Shown piece after piece: positions 36,790 to 48,347 of a stretch of DNA of 64,000 bases. The position numbers and the translations under genes were made by a program. The stretch's first letter is position 1, and every line of letters starts with the position of its first letter. The stretch covers positions 1 to 64,000 of the forward strand of contig BQFW01000016.1 of assembly GCA_020891255.1 (NCBI GenBank). The letters run 5' to 3'. The notes beneath the pieces are model-generated. The model was given only the letters and a program-made list of their open reading frames with translations. It ran no database searches and had not been told where the DNA came from. The stretch is from Entomortierella parvispora E1425. Its lineage: Eukaryota; Fungi; Mortierellomycota.

Positions 36790-37030
36790 TGGCGGTGTAC
36801 TAAACCCATGTGTAAAAAGAGTCTGTACTGACCCCTGTAAACAAGTCTGTCTGGAGTCTGTGCTAAATCCATGTAAAAACAAGCTATTTCTATTTTATTT
36901 TTCATGGGAACTGGTTCAATCGTCTATCCTGTAGCTTTATTGGATGGACGCCATAGAGGAGGATGAGCGGCACAAGTTATAGCACTCTGAATGGAAAGAG
37001 TAATGGAGATGCATGTGTTTTGAACACCCA
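36790..37030 (+). repeat. ~250-bp unit family, copy D, preceded by three motif repeats
   Basis: GTGCTAAATCCATGTAAAAACAAGCTATT...GAGTAATGGAGATGCATGTG. Confidence 0.75.
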
Positions 37031-37139
37031 TGGGTCTCCCAGAGGGGTCTTTGGGAAAGAAGAGAGAGGGAAAAAAAACGGAGCTAAAATGGCCCAAAAA
37101 GGAAACTGAAAACAAAAAAACCCGATTTTGATCAAATCC

Positions 37140-37692
37140 TAGTCTCGTCACCATCCCCTCCGCCGGTTCACAGGAGAGTCACAAGTGCTGACGCACCTGC
37201 CTTTTTAGGCAGCTCTCACTGAAAACCTCTAGAGGGGCTGGTCGGCAAGTAAGGTTTCCACTATGACCCTGCAGAGCTCTGTCAAAAAAATAACGGCAAA
37301 GTCGAAAAACAGCTCAGTTTTGCTCATCCTCCCTTCATCATTCACCTCATCTCGCACCATTAATCTATGGTCGCCTTGCCATTCCACTCCCATTCCCCTC
37401 CCATTCCCCTGTTTCCATCGCAATCTTCCACTCTCAGTGCGTTCTCGCTCTCTTGACGACCTTCATACAAAGCGCCTCCGCCGTTCCCCGTCTCTCAGGT
37501 TATTTGTTTTCGCTGAGAAAAGTGCTCCAGGTACGCCTTCATGGACACGAATATATGAACTAGCACGCTCTGGCCATGGAAACTAACAGCTATTCCCTCT
37601 TCTACACCAAAAGCCCAGTCCTCAATTGATCCCCCCGCTCTTCAATTGATCCCTCCGTCCTCATATCCCGTCCAATTGGTATCACGCTAGTA
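37140..37692 (+). repeat. Left TIR of the AcademH-type element (553 bp)
   Basis: Reverse complement of 42842-43395; gives identical ORFs 37263-37586(+) and 42949-43272(-). Confidence 0.95.
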
Positions 37693-37971
37693 AAGTTCGC
37701 GATTTTTTCGCGTTTGATGAAAAAATCATTGTTCTAACGGCCGATATCAGTTCTCCCGTCCTGTTGACAGCCCCCCCCCCCCCACGATAAAAAAATATGG
37801 TCACATCTCTTCATCGTCGCATTCCCCCGAAGCCAGTGGGTCAAACAACCAAAGGAGAGGCCTGTCTCTGAGGACCAAGGCAAAAATCTCGTTGCTATTC
37901 TAGAGTATATCAGAGATTGCGGGCTTTCGTTTGGTTCGTTCATTGAAGCCTGTCTCAATTCAGATGACATT

Positions 37972-40225
37972 GTGGTGAAAAGAAAAGTTGATCACTTCCT
38001 CGCACATGGATGCCCCGCCCGTTGCTTCGATATCTGGAAGGACAGCATCAAGAAGGACCATTCTAAAACTCTATTGACTTCTGCCATGGATTTCGTGCTG
38101 AAGTTCGCACGGCCAGAAATCGAACGAGCCAGCCATACCATGAATATTGGGCTCCCTGCCACTGCAGTAACCGGGGAAGCTCTGGAACAGTTCCGCCTCG
38201 AAAATATCCTGCGAGAAATGGAGGGGCATGCCCCCATATCCCTAGCCTTGCTGCGTGGTCTCATAAACGACAAGAGGCTTTCACCTTTCGAACCAGAAAT
38301 CCCCGCCGTCCCTGTAGTCGCCAGTGTCGTCCTCAGGACGTGGAATAGACGGGCAAATTTCCTCCAAGGTATCTTCAGTCTCTACTTTTATAGCCAGGGT
38401 GCTACAAAGTCGTTGGTCAGTGTTCTCCAAAGAGCTGGACTCAGCAATAGCTTTGACTGGATTATGGAGGGCTTGGATCATCTGACCACGGCACATTTAG
38501 AAAAAATCCAGTCAATTTTGAAGGACAGGAAACAACCGTTCATGATTGTGTACGATAACATCAACATGGCATTTCGGCGCTACAATCAGAGAACGACAAA
38601 CAAAGATTCATTCGAAAATGGTGCCACAGCGACGGCAATTCTCACTTCTGAGATGCCTGCTGTTGAAGGGGTGCAAGATGCCACGAGGCATATACGTGCC
38701 TCCGATTTGTACCCCTCCAAAGAACAGGACAGTCATTTGAAGGAAACATACCGTTATCATCTGATTGAGGCGCTGCGAAGACGAGGAACCATATCTCTCA
38801 AAAACCCTATTCCTGAGCCAGTCAAGAACAAACTCAAAGTGGAGAGAACCAAAGCTTACCCACTTCCATCCATGCACATTGACCAGTCAACCGTGGAAGG
38901 CAACAGGGATATTCTTGACAAGATCATGAAGGTGCTTCAGCTTTCGCCAGAGACTTTCTTTGATCAGACGCGTCTTGTTGTTGCAGGAGATCAACTCACC
39001 TTGGCCAGAATACGAAGTGTAGCAAGATTACGATGGGATGAGGACTTGGCGTACTACCGTGTGGAATGGGCAATCCCTGTCCTTCAACTTTTTCATCTTC
39101 AGATGGTTCTGGCATCAACAATTTTGAAGACGCACTGGGGCACTCGAACAACACCTGGATCGCTCAGCTCCTTCGTCGCGGCCTTGGAAAAAAAGCGGAT
39201 CAGCCCAGACAAGTCTAGTTTCCATGATCTTGATGAATTTCTTCGCCATGTTTTTGATGCCATAGTCTTGCTCATTTGGGAAATCAAGCTCAAGAGTGAA
39301 GAGGAATTGTCCAGCAAGTCCTCCGGACAGATGCCTCACTCATCAATGGATGTCATGGATAAGGTTGACGGTATCATCGGCCAATATTTGACAGCAACAG
39401 GCCTTGGTGGCATGGCAAATCAGCAGTCAGTCAACGCCGCGTTGTTCATTCGGGACATGCTGTTCTACATTGAGCTGGGATCAGCGATCAAAGCAGGGGA
39501 TATAGGGCGAATTCTGGAGATGATCCGATGGCTTACCTTGACCTTTCAAGCTGGAGGCAATAGAAACTACGCAAATGAGCTTCTACGACTTCACTGTGGC
39601 CTCTTTTATTCTTGGAAGACAGAGGATAGGAATACCATATTATCCTCGATGCTAGTTAATACTACTGGACAACCAAACAGATGGATACCCACCGACCTTT
39701 ATCAAGAGCACAACAATCTTCTTACAAAAATCAGACACGCGGCAAAAGTCCAGCAATCTGAACTGGGGTATTTTAGAGAAAAAAATTGCGCCAAACGTTC
39801 GCACGTTCCAGGAGATTGCGAGGACGGTCGAGAAAATGTTCAAAACGCCTCATTGTGGAACCAACCACTCAGCTCCATCCTCTGTGGCGGACATCGATAT
39901 AATTAAGCAGCGGTGCATCGAGGCTGGCTTTTTCACGCATGACGATATATCTCCTGATCTTGTGGTTCCTGCTGTGAGAGATCTTTTGGCAGAGGGACGC
40001 AATAATATTGTAGATAAGCGTCGAATTGCTGTTTTCAAGAAATGCTGTGGTCGCTATTGTAATGAAGACGCTGGTGAGATGGATGTCGAGATGGAGGAGG
40101 AGGAGGAAGATGCTGAGATGGACGAGGAACGCCCTACAATTGCTGATGATGAAGCACTAGAGTTTCCTGAATTCGACATCTCACAATTCGACCTGGACGA
40201 GTTCGTTGAAAATAACTTTTGTTAA
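37972..40225 (+). CDS. Academ/DUF6589-like DDE transposase; one frameshift near 39745; true start probably further upstream
   Basis: IVYDNIN (D), VAGDQLT (D), LFHL, GGNRNYANE, RWIPTDLYQEHNN (E); the frame continues SNLNWGILEKKIAPNV..MFKTPHCG into 39836-40225. Confidence 0.8.
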
Positions 40226-41224
40226 ATAAAGCAGCACCTCCCTGCAATGTACATCTAACCGCAGAGCCACACGGCGCCCCTGCCGACAAGTATCTGTCCA
40301 TTGGATTGGGACCACTCTGTGGTGTACTTCGGTTCTCATTTTTTTTCGAGGTCGGCGCACATTTTTGGAACCGTGGTTCTAGTGATTTTTTTTTTCCGGA
40401 AATTTTTCTCGGTCCATTGCTTTGATCGTACGCAGCCTGAGCTGAAATACAGATCCCTCTCCTCTCTTTTGCTTCCAATCCTCCAAGGGATGTCACTGGT
40501 GTTGGTGACATTGTTTTCTCATACTACTCTTTGAGGTCTCTGTTTTCTTGTTTCGACCCTTCTCAGCCTCAATAAATTGGTCCAGGGAAAAAATGAAGAA
40601 AAAAAATTGAGTGAGAGCAGTGAACCAGTTCGGCGCACTGGCTTTTTTTCTTTTGAGAGACGCAGTGCACCGGTTCCTCTTTTTCGCCCAGTCCCAGTCC
40701 CCTTGCCCAACTGCAACGTTTGTGCAGGCTGCCGGTAGTATACCTCCACCTCCTCGACTTTCATGAGCGAGGTTTTTTTTATTTCTATTTGAAGTGCTGT
40801 TATAGTTGTCACCGCTTCAGAGCAGAGGGGCCGAAATGTTGAATAATTGATATTGTAGGAGGCGTGGAAGTATTGTCTTGAACTTGATTGCTTCTCTGTG
40901 GTGATGGCGGAAGAAAATATTGGATTACCTTGAGTTCCTTTTGTTTAGACGAAGGGTTGTTCTCTGTTGCTGTTCCTCCCTTTTTTCGTATCGCCTTCGT
41001 TTTTTTTGGAGGTGTTTTCGGGGGTTTAAGCAGCAATTGCGTGAGATTTTTGCTTTCCTTGACTTGTTGCGGTGGAAGGTTTTGATCAATCTGCCGCTGG
41101 CCATAGCCGTCCTGCAGCGAATGAATCTCCATTTCATCTTCACTTATTAGTTGGTCTGACTGTTGCTGGTCGCGACTGGCTGTGGAAACGACTTGCATTT
41201 CCTGCTGATCCGTTGTGGCACTGA

Positions 41225-42808
41225 TCAAAGGAGGAATTTGAAAAGATGGGGCCATTCCAAATTGCCGCCGTCGCTCCTTTTCTTGGCGATTTTTTTTTCC
41301 TTCTCGTCCTTCTCCTCCAAGAATTGCTTGCCCAAACCCATGATGATCTCTAGCACCTGGCTTGGATATGTTTCATTCAGTGGGTCCCAGTATAGCATGT
41401 CGATTGATCTGGCAGCAATTATACTCTTGTACTTCTTGACGGTCTTGTTTAACATGTAGTCGGTCATGACCGTTTGTTCTGTGTCGTGCATGCGGCCCTT
41501 AAAGTGCAAGTCATACATATTATCCCTCCATACTATCAGCGCATTCCGGACTTGTTCCGCCTCATTCTTATCCCATTTCTCTCGTTTCGATGCCTTGTCT
41601 GCTGGCTGAATTGTTGACGACTCGTCCTTGTCATCAGCTTCATCCGGATTGCAGATATTGCAGCACACGTCCGTAACTGGGACGTGCTCGTTCCCGTAGT
41701 AATCGTTAAAATACTTTCGGATACATCCAGGAGAGTTCGCTAGGTCAATAAGGTCTTTAAGATCTTGCTGAACGGGATCTTTTTTTTTGGGGGTAACTTT
41801 TGGTGCCGATTTTGGGACCAAAAATATACCGTATCCTTGGATTGTGCCGTCCCTTGCAGCTCGTCCAAATCGCTGAAAAAGACAATTTATATCCCGAGGG
41901 TAGCCATACTGGACAACACGAGCGATATCCCTAATGTCACATCCCATACCTGCGGCTTCCGTTGCTAGCAAAATAGGATATTTGCCTTCACGGAACTCCT
42001 TCATGCGACGATTCTTGAGATCATCGGTTTTGAAACCATGATACACCCGAACTTGTTCTTGGCCGAACCAAGTGCGTAGAAGGTGTCCAGCTTGCTCTGC
42101 TAAATCCCGGTTGTCGAAATAAACGATGGTCTTGGCCTTGTCCTTCAAGAAAAGGAGATCTTTAAATGATGATACGGCCTCCTTAAATGAAGTGACCTTG
42201 TACATGATATTGGGTCGATCGTTACCGATGTTGATGATAGTCGGGTTCATCATGTCCAGTGATAGTATTGTAGTCTTCAAAATTGATCTGGGAAGTGTAG
42301 CCGAGGCAGCTATGAAAGGTGCTCGATTGTTTAGCCTGTAGCGCAACTTAGCAAGCTCCCCAAAAGCGTGGCGAAATGACGATCCCCAGGCGTGGATGCA
42401 ATGGGCTTCATCAACAACAACAGCGCGTATGCTTTCAGCCCATTTGCTGTTTTCCCAAAGACCCTTTAATCGTTTGGATTCAAGAAGCATCTCTGGAGAT
42501 AGAAAAATTGCCCGATATCCACCTTGGAGGACTTTGGAGGCGTTGATATCCTTATCATCCTCCGTGATACTGACACATTCGATGTTGAGATTCTTGAGCT
42601 TGTCTCTTTGTTCGATGCCAAGAGCCTTAAGAGGTGTTATTACAAGGATGGCAGCGTCACTCCACAGAAATAGTGGAAGAGTGAAGGCCAGAGTTTTTCC
42701 CCAACCTGTGGGGGCAATTAAGACGCAATCTCTCCGATCAATAATGGATCGGAGAACGTCCAATCTGCTCGGGCTTGGGGATGACGCCGAGTTTGTCTTC
42801 GCAGACAC
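41225..42808 (-). CDS. RecQ-like superfamily 2 helicase (527 aa)
   Basis: APTGWGKT, VVVDEAH, SAT, LATEAAGMGCD, QRFGRAARDG, and a Zn-binding-like CIRKYF..CCNIC. Confidence 0.92.
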   Translation of the reverse strand: MSAKTNSASSPSPSRLDVLRSIIDRRDCVLIAPTGWGKTLAFTLPLFLWSDAAILVITPLKALGIEQRDKLKNLNIECVSITEDDKDINASKVLQGGYRAIFLSPEMLLESKRLKGLWENSKWAESIRAVVVDEAHCIHAWGSSFRHAFGELAKLRYRLNNRAPFIAASATLPRSILKTTILSLDMMNPTIINIGNDRPNIMYKVTSFKEAVSSFKDLLFLKDKAKTIVYFDNRDLAEQAGHLLRTWFGQEQVRVYHGFKTDDLKNRRMKEFREGKYPILLATEAAGMGCDIRDIARVVQYGYPRDINCLFQRFGRAARDGTIQGYGIFLVPKSAPKVTPKKKDPVQQDLKDLIDLANSPGCIRKYFNDYYGNEHVPVTDVCCNICNPDEADDKDESSTIQPADKASKREKWDKNEAEQVRNALIVWRDNMYDLHFKGRMHDTEQTVMTDYMLNKTVKKYKSIIAARSIDMLYWDPLNETYPSQVLEIIMGLGKQFLEEKDEKEKKIAKKRSDGGNLEWPHLFKFLL

Positions 42809-42841
42809 TTATGACGCGATCAGTATCAGACAAAGGAGGCA

Positions 42842-43395
42842 TACTAGCGTGATACCAATTGGACGGGATATGAGGACGGAGGGATCAATTGAAGAGCGGG
42901 GGGGATCAATTGAGGACTGGGCTTTTGGTGTAGAAGAGGGAATAGCTGTTAGTTTCCATGGCCAGAGCGTGCTAGTTCATATATTCGTGTCCATGAAGGC
43001 GTACCTGGAGCACTTTTCTCAGCGAAAACAAATAACCTGAGAGACGGGGAACGGCGGAGGCGCTTTGTATGAAGGTCGTCAAGAGAGCGAGAACGCACTG
43101 AGAGTGGAAGATTGCGATGGAAACAGGGGAATGGGAGGGGAATGGGAGTGGAATGGCAAGGCGACCATAGATTAATGGTGCGAGATGAGGTGAATGATGA
43201 AGGGAGGATGAGCAAAACTGAGCTGTTTTTCGACTTTGCCGTTATTTTTTTGACAGAGCTCTGCAGGGTCATAGTGGAAACCTTACTTGCCGACCAGCCC
43301 CTCTAGAGGTTTTCAGTGAGAGCTGCCTAAAAAGGCAGGTGCGTCAGCACTTGTGACTCTCCTGTGAACCGGCGGAGGGGATGGTGACGAGACTA
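42842..43395 (-). repeat. Right TIR of the AcademH-type element (554 bp)
   Basis: Reverse complement of 37140-37692. Confidence 0.95.
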
Positions 43396-43404
43396 ATCAA
43401 ATCC

Positions 43405-44850
43405 CTTGGGGATCGTGTGCGCACGTCCAGAAGCCTCGTGTCCGTTTCGATTGTTTGTAGGCATTCATACCTGAATGTCTTCCCTTGTGCTTTCGAACAG
43501 GTTGGTGATAAAGTCCGAGAGCACGTTTTCTCTGTGATGTCGAAGCCTGTGGATCTGGCGGAATGGAACATCGGATATGCCCTTATCGAACAGTACGTGC
43601 GGACAAACTTGCAAGAGAGTCCACCTTGCACACGAAAAGGTTGCGCTGGCGCCAGTGACAGATAAACAGTGACGAAGGATGAGCAGGCGAGAGATGGAGA
43701 GCAAAAGTGTCGTCTTTATTGCATAGGCGTTGTTCACAAGTCGGTCTTCCAGAAAGGATTTCCGAGTTTCATGTAAAGCTGTCGACCGTAGAGTGAAAGG
43801 TCATCATGTCCGCAGATCCCCAGTCACCACTTAAAGCATTGAAATAAAAGCCCCAGTGTTAAGAGTGGAGCTCGATGATCTCGATGACAGCGCGAGTCTA
43901 ACCACAACCAGATACACCAAAAACCTAAACAAAAAGAAATCAACTGTTAGAAAAAGGTATGGTTGAGCAACACATAAGGATCCGACACAAGGCCTCTTAC
44001 GGGGGTATAGTTGTTCTCTTTCACCATGTTCAGACTAGACCCAGCCGCTAGATTCCTTGATGTTGAGTCCGGAGAAAAGGGGTCGGGAAGATCCATGAAT
44101 AAAAGAATAGGTCGTGTGGATGGTGGATGGCCGAATTGGTGACGCCATACTCTTGGCAAGCCTCGAATGGATCCGGATGTGTCATCAAGATGCTTCTCGC
44201 CCTTCACGAATGCGTCGAGAAAAGTGGCGATTTTTCCTGGTGCAAAGAATCTGTCTGCAATCCGTTTTGATATAGATCCTGAGGTCATCTATTAACATAA
44301 ATAAGGGATTAGTTCGGCTACACAAGGTTAATTACAAGAAATGTAAAGCAGTTTCGGAAGACTCACCAGACAATGGCGTGCCAGGACGAGATGCATCCGA
44401 GAATGGAGTAGAGCTGCGTGCACGGGCCGGGGCAGGGACAGCGAGAGGAGCTTGAACTATATCGGATTGAGTACACGTGGAAAGCAGAGTTAGAGACAAT
44501 TGGTAACAATCATTCTTGAAATTAAATGTCAAGCAATGCTGCATTACCTGGTCGCTGGACAATGATGTGAATAGTGTCCTCGGGCAATTCAGTGGCAAAG
44601 ACCTTGGAAAGCTTGGAAGTCGCCTTGAGTTTCTTCTTGTCGCCCTCGGGGATATTGTTGATGAAGATGGGGGGCCTCTTCGTTGTCGTCATCGGAGACA
44701 GCAATGGAGACAGACCACAGGGTAAGGTCCTTTGCGGTAATGTCGTCGAAGTCAGGGGTCTGCTTGATCTTGATTGCATCCTTGAGGTCATCAACGGTGT
44801 CGCTGGAGGCAATCTTGACAGAGAACAGGCTCAGGTGGTTGTCAGTCATG
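43405..44850 (-). pseudogene. Crinkler (CRN)-family gene 2; degenerate; cut by the AcademH insertion
   Basis: MTDNHLSLFSVKIASSDTVDDLKDAIK..DLTLWSVSI..DTIHIIVQRP followed by a GTAATG intron; RFFAPGKIATFLDAFVKG; HWGFYFNA..DWGS; ARWTLLQVCPHVLF. Confidence 0.85.
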
Positions 44851-45865
44851 GTGTTACGAAGCATAGGAAGAGGTGGTGATGTCTGAAGGAAGAAGGTGAG
44901 GCTGAAGAAAGGAAGGGAAAAGGTAGACGAATAAAGAAAGGATGATGCCAAGGGAAAGGGTATAAAAGCAAAGGAGGCGTGGCAGTGGTGGAGAAGGTGA
45001 TGGGCGTGGCGGCAAATGGAGATGCATGGAGGATATCCCTGCAACTACTACTGTAATAAATTCGGTGACGTCATAAAAGTCCTGCAGCTACTTAAGGGGT
45101 ATAATGGGCCGAAACATTCAGACGAAAATGACTGCAAAGAATCTTCATTCTTACCCGTCCTCACCACAATCATCATTGCTGTCTTCGTAGCTATCCTCAC
45201 ATCTATCCTCACATCTATCCTCAGGTACAGTCCTTACGAGCATTCTTTCATTGCGCTTGCAAGACGTTAAAGAAATGAAAGACGCATACGCCATTTCCCT
45301 CATTTATCGGCTCCCTCATCCTATTATTCTCTCTGGCCTGATTCTGAACCGCGATTTTGACTTCACAAGGTACTGTACTCCGAAATGTCAGGCTAGCAGG
45401 TCTACTGTTTTCACTTCTTTGCATCAAAAGAGTGATTGTGGTGTCATGTTGGCTTCGATGACCGTAACATCTTGCCGAAATGTGCTGATTCTTTTTTAGC
45501 CACCGCTGTTCAGCTTAATACAGGGCGGCAGAGGGGCGGAAAGTGGAGCATGGCAAGGTGGTAGCTTGCTTTGGCGCTTCCTATGACTGGGAATGTCCAA
45601 CATGCTAAACAGTCGTCACACCTGCAGATAAAACATCCTTTCAATATACGCTCATTTTTTCTTAGCAGCCACTGTTTAGCTTTTGCGCGGCAGAGGGGCG
45701 GAAGAAGGAGCGTGGAACGATGGTGCTTGGGAAATTACTTGTGTTTTACCACGAAGATAACCCTCTCACTCTGCTAATTCGGTAAAAATTTTTTCCTACA
45801 AGACCGAGTCATAAGCTCTCTCTAACAGCCTTCGTCATCCGGACTAGTACACTGCTGTGCCTTCG

Positions 45866-47705
45866 GTCATGGAATTTGAGAGAAAGGGAGGCCGCCAAGA
45901 CCGTACAGTTATTGATACAGACAGCTCGGCTACGGCACATATCAAATGGGCTCTGAAAGCGCTGGAGGAGGGAGAAAAGATAACCGTGCCAGGTTTTGTA
46001 AAGGCTTTCGGCTATTCTTCTGAGCAAAATGCTAATGAGGCCTATTTGAAGCTTATCTCATCGTCCAATTTCACACAACCATTGCGCTCGCGTCTTGACA
46101 AGAATTACAAGACATGGTTGGACAATCACGCCTTGACGTTTTGGGCAGAGAGGTCAGTTGCTCTCAAGGCCAAGCTTGCGCTTACGGCTACTGCTGCAGA
46201 CATGGTGGATGGAGGCAGGCCAATCGCACATTGTGTTCTTCAGGAGGAATCAGACGCCTTTGTTCAATCACGTGAATCTTTGTCTCTTGGTAAGTTTTTG
46301 CATTGAGGCGCAGCGACTGCATGCGAATATGCCATGCATTAACCCAGTTGCCATCTTTATTGTAGCAGGCCAGAAGCATCTACATGATACATTTGACGGC
46401 GAAGGTTCTCAAAACAAATGTACCAAGAGTTCAAAGAGATCGACCACTGCAAACGAAACCATCAGTAAGCACAACCTGTCCAGTCGATCTGAGGTGTGTA
46501 TTCTGAACATGATGTATTTTTTTCGATTGTTATGACTCTGGTTCGGCGTTCACTGATCTTATTTAAATGATCAAAAGGCGACCTATCCTTCTCGTCCTCG
46601 CTGTATTGGATCCCCATCACCTCTGCCTTCAAGTTTGTTTCCTCCGATTGGATCATCAAAATTACCCCCGCCAGTAAACTCAACAGAAGGACTTCAATAT
46701 GCTGTGGTTAATCAGCGCACTGAATGGTCGTCAGACGGAGTTGATATTGGACTGTTGTTTAAGGCGTATAAACAGCACTGTACGGCGTCCTTGGACTTGG
46801 CGATAGATGATATCATCGACCTCACGGCAGACTCGCATTTCATCGCCATCATCAGCGACACAGAATTCAGTGCTGTTCTCAGCGACTTCCCGAAATTCGA
46901 AAGTGATTCAGAAGAACTTGTGGAGCTCACATTGGCTCTTGGAGGTGTCTGTTCGTATGAGCAGTTCCGAGATAGGGTGTTCAATGATGCTCCGAACACG
47001 CCTATCCGTCGGTTCTTGTTCAGAATCGTTGACTGTTATTCGAGATATTTCCCAAAGCACATGGATATCCCGCACCTTCTTGAACGACAAGCCATGTTCG
47101 ATCTCCTCTGCCCGTTCATCCGTGGAGCCCTCTTGGTATATGACGTCGAATCTGACGTAAGTGAAATTGCCATTATTGGATCAGGACAGCGCAAGAACTT
47201 TGGGAAAGATGCATCCGACAAACAAAGCAAGTGTCGGCGAGCCGACATCACGGGGAACGATGGCATGGGTAACCAAGTTCTTCTTGCAGAATGCTCAAAG
47301 ATCTACGAAAAGGATATACGCAAGTTCAAGGAGGATCGACGGAAGCTGGCACGAGCAATGAAAGACAGCTGGGATTTGACTGTTAGGAAGTTTGCCGAGG
47401 ACCAAAGCCGTCCGCCTGAGAATCTGTCTGTCTTTGGGCTGCAAGTGTTTGACGAGAAACTTTTTTTCTTGAAGCTGGACTACCGCGGCCATTACCGACT
47501 CTGGCAAATCGAAACTGCTCAGCTCCCCATGCGCCATCATAATTTTTTCGAGAAGACAGCCATCTGCAGTAAAATCGCGCTCAAGTTTGCCGCTGCTGTT
47601 GCCAAGGAGATCGGCCAGAGGAAAAAACTGTCAGTGATATCTTCTGCTGAAGCACTTATGCTTTCACGTGCGTCACGCAGACTTAAGCGAACTACGGACT
47701 CATAA
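45866..47705 (+). CDS. Multi-exon protein with a C-terminal REase-like domain (gene 2; paralogue of 22324-24550)
   Basis: Exon 45866-46290 (LRSRLDKNYKTWLDNH..FWAERS), GTAAGT intron, exon 46635-47705 (RRADITG..VLLAECSK..DRRKLARAMKDSW..VFGLQV). Confidence 0.72.
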
Positions 47706-47809
47706 GAACGGAATGCCAGTAGGATCGTCAGAACCGGGACCTAGGATTAGGACTTCTAGCAAAGTCCTTCAGCTTCAGATACAGCAGTACCATGAATAAA
47801 GAGTCATCA

Positions 47810-48010
47810 CCCCTTTTTTTTTGGTGGATTATAGATCGATGGAAACAATTATAATCTCTTTCCCTTTCGCTTTGTTAGACGGGTACCATGGAAGAGGATA
47901 TATCATACAAGTTGTAGAACTCTGGATTGAGAATGGAAGGAGTAATGGAGTGCATGTAGATCCATGTCAGTAGACAAACTCGACCCTGCGCGAGATCCTT
48001 GTAAAAATAA
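47810..48010 (+). repeat. ~250-bp unit family, copy E; the next unit start (TGTAAAAATAAGC) is the MULE target site
   Basis: GGTGGATTATAGATCGATG..ACAAGTTGTAGAACTCT..GAGTAATGGAGTGCATGT. Confidence 0.75.
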
Positions 48011-48347
48011 GGGTATATCGAATTTAGTTGAGTGTGCTCACAAGTTGAGTGTGGCATGTTACCTTAAATTCATCGGCACAGGTTGGTGGCGCATCCAATT
48101 ACCTTAAATAAAATGGATACGTCACCGAATCCATTTGAGGCCCATTCAGCAACGCGCCAAAAACACCATATTTTCCCACTTCCCACCCTCGGCGCAAATG
48201 ATGAGACGATGGCACCGTTCAAATCACAGTGCAGGCAGGCGGAATCAATGTGCGCCTCCTAATTCATTGAACCCCGTCAGGCGTTTCAATAAAAAAAAAA
48301 AACCACTCTTTATTTCCCAATATTAGAGACACAACATCTCCTACTCC

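Larger units (their letters stand above)
37140..43395. mobile_element. AcademH-type DNA transposon, 6256 bp, TAG..CTA termini, 9-bp TSD ATCAAATCC
   Basis: TSD at 37131-37139 and 43396-43404; TIRs 37140-37692 and 42842-43395 (one homopolymer indel noted by eye); convergent DDE transposase and SF2 helicase genes. Confidence 0.88.

Noticed and set aside
37263-37586. Duplicated 107-aa gene (also at 42949-43272)
   Set aside because: It lies wholly within the AcademH TIRs; the identity reflects the inverted repeat.
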